NCBI GenBank assembly: GCA_965242585.1
Contig: OZ251460.1
Coordinates: 3,988,968-4,052,967, forward strand
DNA from: Limisphaerales bacterium
Lineage (GTDB): Bacteria; Verrucomicrobiota; Verrucomicrobiia; Limisphaerales; AAA164-E04
DNA: 64,000 nucleotides
Direction: 5' to 3'
The notes beneath the pieces are model-generated. The model had not been told where the DNA came from. It saw only the letters and a program-made list of their open reading frames with translations, and did not search any database. Numbering within the stretch: the stretch's first letter is position 1; each line of letters starts with the position of its first letter. Position numbers and translations under genes: made by a program. Of this stretch, positions 48,283-56,292 are shown one piece after another.

Positions 48283-49824
48283 ATGAATACGAAATCAAAT
48301 AAGATAAAATGTCCTAATTGCGGAGAGCCAATTGACGTCAACAAAGTTCTCTATCATCAATTGGAAGGTGAAGTGAGGAAGGATTTCGATGCCCATGTGA
48401 AGAAAGCGGTTCAGGAAAAACAGCGAATCCTGAAGGAAGAAGCAAGAGAAGAGCATGCCGAAGAAGTTAAGGCGCTGGAAAAAGAACTGAAGGAAAAATC
48501 CAATCAAGTAAAAGAATTGAACAAATCCAAAGCGGAAATTGGACGACTCAAGCGGGAAAAGGATGAACTCCGGGGCAAAATAACTTCTGAGCTCGAACAA
48601 CAACTAAGCGAAACCTTGGCTGAGAAAGAAACTAAACTGAGGAAGAACTACGATCGTCAACTTGCTCAGGAACAAGCAAAACTTCAGGCGGAAAAAGAAG
48701 CCGTCGAAAAGCAAAAGTTGAAATTCGATGCCCATGTGAAGAAAGCGGTTCAGGAAAAACAGCGAATCTTGAAGGAAGAAGTAAGAGAAGAGTATGCCGG
48801 ACGAGTCAAAACGCTGGAAGAAGAAGTGAAGGAAAAATCCAACAAAGTCAAGGAATTGAACAAAGCCAAAGCGGAAATTGAACGCCTCAAGCTGGCAAAG
48901 GATGAGATGGAAAGTGAAATAGAGTTAAAAGCTCAAAAGAAAATTGCTGAAACTGTGAACGGAGAAAGAGCAAAGATAAAGCAATTCGAAGAAGAAAAGG
49001 CGAAACAGAGAATAACGGAGGCAGAACTAAAAATTACCGAACGAGACAAATTCATTGATCAATTGAAAGATGATTTGAAAAAGGCAGAACAAAAGGCGAA
49101 TCAAGTTCCAGGGCCGTTGAAAGGGGAAGTGCAGGAATTAGCCATCGAAGATTGGTTAAAAGAACAATTTCCGCGGGATGCGATTGAGGAAATCAAAAAG
49201 GGCGCGAAAGGGGCGGATTGTTTGCAAACCGTCAAAAATTCATTGGGGAGAGATTGCGGCACGATCTATTACGAAAGCAAGCGAGTCGGAAGTTTTCGGA
49301 AGGATTGGATAGCTAAATTCAAGGCGGACATTCGCGAAAAGAAGGCTAATATTGGCGTTTTGGTTACTCAAACCATGCCCAAAGATATGGACCGTTTTGG
49401 ATTAAAGGACGAAATATGGATTTGTTCCTTTGATGAATTCAAAGGTCTTTGCCATGTGTTTCGTGATTTTCTGATTCGAATGAGCAAGGCCATTGTCGCC
49501 CAGAAAAACAGAGGCAATAAGATGGCTATGCTCTACGATTACTTAACGAGCAACGAATTTCGATCGTATGCGGAGGCCATTGTCCAATCATTTGTTCAAA
49601 TGAAAAAAGGTTTGGATGCGGAAAAACGAGCGACGGAAAGGAAATGGAAACAGCAGGAGAAGCAGATAGAAATAGGTCTTGGCGGAATTGCTGGGATGGT
49701 TGGCGCGATTGAAGGCATTGCCGGCAATGCGATTCAGCCTCCGGCCTCGCTGGAACTGTCGGCCGGCGATGAAGAAGACGATGATGACGACAATGAAAGC
49801 GGCGGTGTTTTACAACCGGCTTGA
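48283..49824 (+). CDS. DUF2130-like protein: zinc ribbon, long coiled coil, C-terminal nuclease-like domain
   Basis: 513 aa. KCPNCGEPIDVN at the N-terminus, a K/E-rich coiled coil, and a C-terminal KGEVQELAIEDWLKEQFPRDAIEEIKKGAKGADCLQ...IYYESKR pattern that I associate with DUF2130. Confidence 0.7.
   Translation: MNTKSNKIKCPNCGEPIDVNKVLYHQLEGEVRKDFDAHVKKAVQEKQRILKEEAREEHAEEVKALEKELKEKSNQVKELNKSKAEIGRLKREKDELRGKITSELEQQLSETLAEKETKLRKNYDRQLAQEQAKLQAEKEAVEKQKLKFDAHVKKAVQEKQRILKEEVREEYAGRVKTLEEEVKEKSNKVKELNKAKAEIERLKLAKDEMESEIELKAQKKIAETVNGERAKIKQFEEEKAKQRITEAELKITERDKFIDQLKDDLKKAEQKANQVPGPLKGEVQELAIEDWLKEQFPRDAIEEIKKGAKGADCLQTVKNSLGRDCGTIYYESKRVGSFRKDWIAKFKADIREKKANIGVLVTQTMPKDMDRFGLKDEIWICSFDEFKGLCHVFRDFLIRMSKAIVAQKNRGNKMAMLYDYLTSNEFRSYAEAIVQSFVQMKKGLDAEKRATERKWKQQEKQIEIGLGGIAGMVGAIEGIAGNAIQPPASLELSAGDEEDDDDDNESGGVLQPA
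48385..48909 (+). repeat. internal duplication within the DUF2130-like gene, 339-nt (113-codon) offset
   Basis: ttcgatgcccatgtgaagaaagcggttcaggaaaaacagcgaatc... occurs at 48385 and again at 48724. The protein units FDAHVKKAVQEKQRILKEE(A/V)REE...KVKELNK(S/A)KAEI are near-identical over about 62 aa. Confidence 0.85.
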
Positions 49825-49889
49825 GGTCAAGTGGTCGTGAGATTTGGCGTTTTCTTTTGTGAAGGTAGGATAGTGGGGTTATTCATGTT

Positions 49890-50522
49890 TTGAATTGCGA
49901 AGATATTCTTATTTGTTTTTCAGGGAAGGTGGAGTCGCGTTTTTTTCGTGGAAGGCGTCCTGATGTTTCGGTTTTACACACCGGCGTTGGATGGCGCAAT
50001 GCAAAGGCGGCGCTTGAGGATCGCCTTGCCAAGCAACGGCCGGAACTGATTATTACTTCGGGGTTTGCCGGCGGATTGAATCCCGAACTTCGCATCCATG
50101 AACTACTCTTTGAAAAATCGGGGGAGCATCCGCTTTTTGACGGGCTTTCTGGTCTTCCTTTTCGGGAGGGGAGCTTTTGTTGCCGGGATCACATTGTGGT
50201 TACGGCGGAGGAGAAGCGATTTCTTTGGCGGAGTGGCGGATGGGATGCGGTTGAGATGGAGTCTGAAGGCATTCACAAGATTGCTCGGTCGCGTCGGATT
50301 CCGTGTTTGACACTTCGGGCGATTTCCGATGCGGCGTGGGAAAGTCTGCCGTTGGATTTCAATCGGCTGTTGTCTTCGCGGATGAAGGTGGACTTGGCGA
50401 GGCTCTGCGGGGATCTTTGTTGGAATCCCGGGCGGTTGTTGGCGTTTGTTCGGTTTTACGGTTCGGTTGTTAAAACGTCGCGGGTGTTGGCCGGCGCTCT
50501 TTGTCAACTGCTGGCCGGCTAG
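49890..50522 (+). CDS. hpnG: PNP/UDP-phosphorylase-family nucleosidase, HpnG-like (hopanoid-associated)
   Basis: 210 aa. ELIITSGFAGGLNP and AVEMESEGIHKIARSRRIPCLTLRAISD match the MTA/SAH-nucleosidase-like family. It lies 2 kb from shc. TTG start. Confidence 0.6.
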   Translation: MNCEDILICFSGKVESRFFRGRRPDVSVLHTGVGWRNAKAALEDRLAKQRPELIITSGFAGGLNPELRIHELLFEKSGEHPLFDGLSGLPFREGSFCCRDHIVVTAEEKRFLWRSGGWDAVEMESEGIHKIARSRRIPCLTLRAISDAAWESLPLDFNRLLSSRMKVDLARLCGDLCWNPGRLLAFVRFYGSVVKTSRVLAGALCQLLAG

Positions 50523-50603
50523 TTTTGTTTCGGGGAGAGTTGCCCGCACTTTCGGCACGGAATGCTTGCAAAATGAATTCTTCGGCTTCATGGTTTCTTC
50601 ATT

Positions 50604-51383
50604 ATGAGCGGCAATAAAGTCTCGTTGGTGTTCGGAGTTTTGTGTGTTTGTCTGACCGGCGGCCTGATTTATCGTCATACTCAGGCGATTTGGCAAGAGG
50701 AGGCAAGCCAAAAGGAAATGGAGGAAGTGCAAAGCCAGATGGAGAAAAAATCGGAGGATTTGGATCTTTCGAGGCAAACGAACTCTGTTCTACAGACGGA
50801 TTTGCAAAAGGCGGGCGAGGAACTTGCCGAGATTCGCCAGCGATACGAAACGCTTTCCAACGATCTGAGTCAAACGAAAGAACGGGCCGAAGCGGTTGCG
50901 AAGGAGAGGCAGGCGGCGCTTGGAGAAGTCTCTGATAAAGAGCAAAAGATCCGGGAACTCAGCCGGGAAAGACAGGATTTGTCCGATCGGATCGCCACCT
51001 TGGACGGCTTGATGGGAGAACTGGAAGGGCGGCTCTTGGCGACTGAGTCGGAGTTGGCCGATTCGCAAAAGGATCGAGAATATCTGTTGGAGGAATTCAA
51101 GCGGCTTTATGCGGAGAAGCGCGCTATTGAAGATCAATTCAACGATCAGGCGGCGCTTCAGTCGCAACAGAACAAACTGCGCAAAGAAGCGATCTCTCGC
51201 CGCGTTGGATGGATTCGCCGAAACCGGAGCGCGGGCAACCGCAAAGGGGCCGAGCTTCTGGTCGCCGGATTTCGGAAGCCCGCCATCCAAACCAACTACA
51301 ATTTGAACGTCGAGATCAACAGAACCGGCGGCATCAAAATCCTCCAACCGCCCTCGCCGGACCAAGGTTTGGATTTGGAATGA
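50604..51383 (+). CDS. membrane-anchored coiled-coil protein
   Basis: 259 aa. N-terminal TM (VSLVFGVLCVCLTGGLIY) followed by a long coiled coil. Its stop overlaps the moaA ATG (ATGA at 51380-51383). Confidence 0.4.
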   Translation: MSGNKVSLVFGVLCVCLTGGLIYRHTQAIWQEEASQKEMEEVQSQMEKKSEDLDLSRQTNSVLQTDLQKAGEELAEIRQRYETLSNDLSQTKERAEAVAKERQAALGEVSDKEQKIRELSRERQDLSDRIATLDGLMGELEGRLLATESELADSQKDREYLLEEFKRLYAEKRAIEDQFNDQAALQSQQNKLRKEAISRRVGWIRRNRSAGNRKGAELLVAGFRKPAIQTNYNLNVEINRTGGIKILQPPSPDQGLDLE

Positions 51384-52432
51384 AAGCCAAGGCTTTTCTG
51401 GAAGATTCCCACGGACGCACGATTCGTGACCTTCGAATCAGCGTTACCGACCGGTGCAACTTTCGCTGTCTCTATTGTCTTCCGGAGACGGAAGCAGCCG
51501 CCAACTTTTATCGAGAACGCTGGCGACAAAGGCCGGAAATCCCCATTCGTCGACGGTGGAAACCAAAACATGAAATTCTCTCTTTCGAGGAAATGGAACG
51601 AATCGCGCGAATTGCCGTTGACTGCGGCGTTGAAAAAATTCGTGTCACCGGAGGCGAGCCGCTCCTTCGGAAAAACATCGTCGCGCTGATCGAGAAACTG
51701 GCGGCGATTCCCGGCCTTCGGGATTTAGCAATGACAACGAACGGGTTTCTTTTTCCTCAACACGCGGCCGCTTTAAAAAAGGCCGGACTTCGCCGGGTCA
51801 GCTTCAGTTTGGACTCTTTTGACCAGCAGAATTTCAAACGGCTCACCGGGGTTTCCGGTCTCGACCAAGCAACGCAATCGGTCCAACTCGCCAAAGAACT
51901 TGGTTTTTATCCAGTCAAAGTCAACGCCGTGATTATCAAAGACCTCAACGATCACGAAATCGAGGATTTATGCCAATACGCTCTGGACGAACAAATTAGC
52001 GTTCGGTTCATTGAATTCATGCCTCTGGACTCTGGCCAAGCCTGGCAAAAAGACCGTGTTTTCCCCGGCAAGGAAATTTTGGCGCGTTTGCGGAAGAAAT
52101 TTGATTTGTCGCCCGCTACAAACACCCATGCCTCCGAAACCGCCCGGCGATGGCGCATCAACGGCGGCGGAGAAGTGGGCGTCATTGCTCCCGTTACCGA
52201 ACCGTTCTGCCGGCACTGCAACCGCATGCGCCTTACGGCCGACGGACAGATTCGCACCTGCTTGTTCAGCCTTCGCGAACACGACCTCAAACCGCTCCTT
52301 CGCGGAGACGCCACAGACGACGCAATCGCCAGCCGACTCCAGACCATTGCGCGCGGAAAGGAGGCGGGGCATAAAATCGGCCGCGAAGATTTTGCGCAAC
52401 CCTCTCGAACGATGTCCAGCATCGGGGGATGA
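51380..52432 (+). CDS. moaA: GTP 3',8-cyclase (radical SAM)
   Basis: From the internal Met MKAKAFLEDSHGRTIRDLRISVTDRCNFRCLYCLPE (CxxxCxxC), with a C-terminal CRHCNRMRLTADGQIRTCLF second cluster. Confidence 0.9.
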   Translation: MKAKAFLEDSHGRTIRDLRISVTDRCNFRCLYCLPETEAAANFYRERWRQRPEIPIRRRWKPKHEILSFEEMERIARIAVDCGVEKIRVTGGEPLLRKNIVALIEKLAAIPGLRDLAMTTNGFLFPQHAAALKKAGLRRVSFSLDSFDQQNFKRLTGVSGLDQATQSVQLAKELGFYPVKVNAVIIKDLNDHEIEDLCQYALDEQISVRFIEFMPLDSGQAWQKDRVFPGKEILARLRKKFDLSPATNTHASETARRWRINGGGEVGVIAPVTEPFCRHCNRMRLTADGQIRTCLFSLREHDLKPLLRGDATDDAIASRLQTIARGKEAGHKIGREDFAQPSRTMSSIGG

Positions 52433-52470
52433 TAGCGGCGCCGAAAAGTTGCCAAGAGACTACTTCGAAC

Positions 52471-53028
52471 CTACTTTGTTGCGTTGATAATCGCTTGGCT
52501 TGTGTGCCGGTTGCGGTAGCCCTCGTAAAAGAGCTTTGCTATGACCTTTCCCTCCGCACTCAAAATGAACGTTCCCGGATGCGGCAGACCATCGCTGTGA
52601 GACCGATTACGAATCCCGTAGGCGTCGATTATTTTGCTCCCCTCATCGGACAGCAACGGAAAGGTAATATTATTCCGTTTGGCGAATCGTGCGAGAATTT
52701 TCTGAGAGTCGTAACTAATCCCGACAACTTGAATACCGGCTTCTTCCAACTTCGACAAATTGCTTTGCAGTTCAACTAACTGCCTTTGACAGAACGGTCA
52801 CCAATCCGCCGATCGATAGAAGACCAAAGCCACTTTCTTCTTCAGCGGACCAGAAATGTCCGCAAACGACCGCTTCTTTCCATTTTGGTCTGCCAATGAA
52901 AAAGAAGGTTCCTTTGCGCCCACTGGGATGCCCGGTCCGGCATTCTTCTCCGCGCCAATTGCCATTGTCGCTCCCAGCCCGCTCAACATAACTAGGGCAA
53001 TAATTTGCATTATAGAATATTTCATCAT
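52471..53028 (-). CDS. secreted AhpC/TSA-redoxin family selenoprotein candidate; TGA at 52798-52800 read as Sec
   Basis: Two same-frame track ORFs (52798..53028 and 52471..52758) are joined by reading the TGA as U: ...KKVALVFYRSADW-U-PFCQRQLVELQSNLSKLEEAGIQVVGISYDS...FPLLSDEGSKIIDAYGI. There is an N-terminal signal peptide. Confidence 0.7.
52767..52783 (-). promoter_or_regulatory. candidate SECIS stem-loop
   Basis: The mRNA reads GCAGUU-AGUUG-AACUGC: a 6-bp stem with a GU-containing loop, beginning 14 nt after the UGA. Seen by eye, not folded. Confidence 0.4.
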
Positions 53029-53083
53029 ATTGTTTTCTTATCTATGTGTTATTATATCGGTTTGACTCTATACGATCTTTAAA

Positions 53084-54514
53084 TTATTGCAACTTGAAGG
53101 AAACCTTCACTTCAAAGTTTTGCCTGCGGTAGAGACACCGCCCTTTGTCCTCTTCACAAATAGAATACAAAACATACCCTTGTATAGTATGCAGAGGCGA
53201 ATTCGTCTTTGCCGAGGTTTTCACTTCGAACTCTATCTTCCGAGGCTCGACGGAGACTGGAGCGGAAGGAAGGGGATAGCGATGGAATGCCTGGTCGATC
53301 TGCCAACCTTCCGGCGCTTCCGCCCACAAAATCAACTCCTCCGCTTCATTGTTCCAATGCGCGTTGCGCGTTTTATCTGGCCGGAGCCAAACGTGAACTC
53401 GGACTGTTTCTCCCGGCCGCACGCAACCCGGAACCGCCGTGCTTTCTATTTGGATAAGTCGAGCTGAATCCTGATGAATCTTCTCATCTGGGTCGGGATT
53501 GGCCTCGCTTTGCGCGACGGCAAATGATTGAGACGGGGAAGCAAACTCGGCACCGCCCGGCTCCACGTCCAGTCGGACAGGCGTCTCTCCTCGATCCGCA
53601 ATGGCCTTTCGCGCCTCGTGAATCCAGTCGTAAAACGAATACGGCTTCGCCAACCGAGGTCCATATTGTTGAATCCGCCGCCGCCAAATATACTGATTGG
53701 GATTTAACTCAAGAGCCCGACTCCAGTGAACGACGGCGCGGGTGAAATCATCTGCCTGCCTGCCATCGCTATCGTAGCGCCGCCGATGCGCTACGCCTAA
53801 GCGAAACAACGTCGCCGCATTTTCTTCTCCGCTGGATAATGCTTGACGATAGGCAAAGATTGCTCGATCCACTCCGCCATTGCCTCCCCAAAGAAACTCC
53901 AAATCTCCGCGCTCCATAGAACCCGGCGCCGAGTCCAAAAGAAGCGCTTCCCCGTCCGCCAGATTCGCGTCAGGCATTTTCTCACCCTCATTGACTGCAA
54001 AATCCTGGCGCAAAAAAGACGGCAGGAAATCTTTGGATGGATTGACGGCTCGAATCACTCCGGACTCATCCAAAAAGACCGTGACAGGCGCCCCGGTTAC
54101 GCCTAGCAGGTTCAAAGAATCCACGAGCAACGGCCATTCCATTTGTTGCCATTGCATGAAAAGGAGCGCCCGGTCAGGATGTTGCTCTTGAATCACTCCC
54201 ACCACGTTTAGAATCCCTTGGTCTTGGTAAGGTTTGGTGAGAGCGTGCCACACGGGCACATGCTTGCGGCAGCCTGCTCACCAAGAGGCGAACACATGCG
54301 CCACCGTCTTTCGCCCCCGATAAAAGCGCAGCGAGTCCGGCGCTCCGTCATCCGCACGAGGCAAAAGGAGATCGGGAAACTTTTGCCCAAGCTCCAGCGG
54401 CTTTGTATGAGTGCCTCCGGACACTACGCATATAAACCCCGTGAACAAGGTCGACAACCATGTTGAAGTCTTGGCTACCGTGTTTATGCCAATTCTCAAA
54501 ATCATTAATGCCAC
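53084..54514 (-). CDS. thioredoxin-fold (TlpA/redoxin-like) selenoprotein candidate fused to a TPR-like and a beta-rich C-terminal domain; TGA at 54278-54280 read as Sec
   Basis: Same-frame track ORFs 54278..54514 and 53084..54259 are joined: ...RFYRGRKTVAHVFASW-U-AGCRKHVPVWHALTKPYQDQGILNVVGVIQEQ...APVTVFLDESGVIRAVN. The start is GTG at 54514 or ATG at 54505. Confidence 0.65.
54245..54259 (-). promoter_or_regulatory. candidate SECIS stem-loop
   Basis: The mRNA reads GUGCC-CGUGU-GGCAC: a 5-bp stem (plus a possible U-G pair) beginning 18 nt after the UGA, with GU in the loop. Seen by eye only. Confidence 0.35.
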
Positions 54515-54665
54515 CGAGAATGACGCAACTGTTCATGGAAATCAAGCAGACGTTTCAAAAAAAGTGAAACTCCTTTGCGCGACTACGGCTAGAAAATCTG
54601 CGTCTAAGAAATGGAGCAAAGGAAACCGCCGCCGCCCGAAAACGCAATTTTCCAACTTTTCAGTT

Positions 54666-56279
54666 TTACTTCTGCTTGCGATATATTTTGAGTTGTTTGC
54701 GGGTAATCTCTTTGCCGGTCAACGGATTCGCTAAATCCGGCAAAATTGGGAATCTGTTGTACTTCTTGTTGAAATGTTGCCCGACGTGCCAGTGTTGCAG
54801 TCTGGGATACTCATTCGCCCCCTCTTCGTATTTGAATTTGCCAAGCGAATCCGCAATCTCCTGCATCCCCTTCGTCCAATGAGCTTTCTTCAAAGTAATG
54901 AACACGCCGGCAACGGCCCTGCGCTGAACATTGAAGGCAAATGCTCGGACATTCTCGATCGTCGGGGGACCTGCCTTCACTTGCGCGATGACCTTGTTCT
55001 TGCCGTTTTTGATCGAATGAAGGAGCATCCCCGTGCCGTCCACGCCGCCGTCTCCTCTCTGCACCTTGTTGCCCACCATTCCCGGATGACACGCCTCAAT
55101 CGCCCAAGACTCAAACGCAAACGCATCGTCTTTTGCTAATCGACTCGCCGCCGCAGGCTCTGCCGGGATTCCTGTTATGTCAATGGGAACTCCCGCTCCT
55201 GCCAACCTGTCGTGAACCACGGTCTCTACGGAGAACAAGGAAATATCAATGCCGACAAACTCTCGCCCCAACAAAGCCGCCGCTTCCAACGCCGTCCCAC
55301 ATCCACAAAATGGATCCAAAACCACATCGCCTTCATTCGTGGACGCTTTGATTATCCGCTCAAGCAATGCGAGAGGCTTCTGCGTTGGGTAGCCTAGATA
55401 TTCCTTAGATTGGGAGTTTAGGTGGTCTATTTCCCAAACGTCTGTGATTGCATTTCCTTTGGTGGTATCAACCCTTCTAACAATGTCAAAGGCTTCCATA
55501 TTGAGTTTTCCTTGCTTTACTTTTGCGTCCACTTTTGATTCGTCGTAAATGTAAAGGTATCGTTGTCCGTTCATGTTTTTGGTGTTGTATCCAGCCTCTA
55601 CTAATTGCTTCTTCCGTGTAGATAACTCGGCTTCAAATTGTCTGTGGAAAAGCGATTTTTTTCTATTCAGCGAGTAAAACAGAATAATGTCGTGACCCCG
55701 CAAGAACTTTTTCGCTGCAGCGTTTGATGTTTTTCCGTAGTCCCAAACAATCTCATTCCGAAAGTTCTTTTGCCCGAAGATGTCGTCCATCACCATTTTC
55801 AAGTAATGGGAGGCGGTCGGGTCGCAGTGCAGGTAGATGGAGCCGGTGTCTTTCAGCAGTTCCCGGCAGGAGACAAGCCGTTCGGCCATGTAGGATAGGT
55901 AGGCCAGCATGCCTGAATTCCCCAGCAGCGTCTCCATTCCGCTAATGGATTTGTACGCGGCATGATGTTCGTTGCCGGTGATTTCCTTCACGCGATCTCG
56001 CGCCGCATTGCCCCATTCCCAAATGTCGGTGAACGCTACTTCTTGAGCGGTGTGTCCCTTGTCTTTGTTTTTATCTTTGTCGAACAGGATGTTGTAGTTG
56101 GCATCGCTGTTCCACGGCGGGTCAAGGTAAATTAAATCCGCAAAACGCCGTTCGGACGGGAGGATCGCTCCCTCCCAATTCCAAGTGTTCCACGTCTGCA
56201 AGTGCTTGAGACAGTCTCCATAATAGACCGCCTTTATTCGCATTGCCGCTCCCTGTTCTAATGCCAATTGCTTTGTCAT
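54666..56279 (-). CDS. beta-class N6/N4 DNA methyltransferase fused to a C-terminal Mrr-like PD-(D/E)xK nuclease domain
   Basis: 537 aa. Motif IV ([10 protein letters not shown]) precedes motif I ([16 protein letters not shown]), which is the beta-class order. The C-terminal ~140 aa (FESWAIEA...[12 protein letters not shown]...VIAQVKAG) resembles the restriction endonuclease (Mrr_cat) core. Confidence 0.8.
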   Translation of the reverse strand: MTKQLALEQGAAMRIKAVYYGDCLKHLQTWNTWNWEGAILPSERRFADLIYLDPPWNSDANYNILFDKDKNKDKGHTAQEVAFTDIWEWGNAARDRVKEITGNEHHAAYKSISGMETLLGNSGMLAYLSYMAERLVSCRELLKDTGSIYLHCDPTASHYLKMVMDDIFGQKNFRNEIVWDYGKTSNAAAKKFLRGHDIILFYSLNRKKSLFHRQFEAELSTRKKQLVEAGYNTKNMNGQRYLYIYDESKVDAKVKQGKLNMEAFDIVRRVDTTKGNAITDVWEIDHLNSQSKEYLGYPTQKPLALLERIIKASTNEGDVVLDPFCGCGTALEAAALLGREFVGIDISLFSVETVVHDRLAGAGVPIDITGIPAEPAAASRLAKDDAFAFESWAIEACHPGMVGNKVQRGDGGVDGTGMLLHSIKNGKNKVIAQVKAGPPTIENVRAFAFNVQRRAVAGVFITLKKAHWTKGMQEIADSLGKFKYEEGANEYPRLQHWHVGQHFNKKYNRFPILPDLANPLTGKEITRKQLKIYRKQK

Positions 56280-56292
56280 TTTGTTATTTAGT

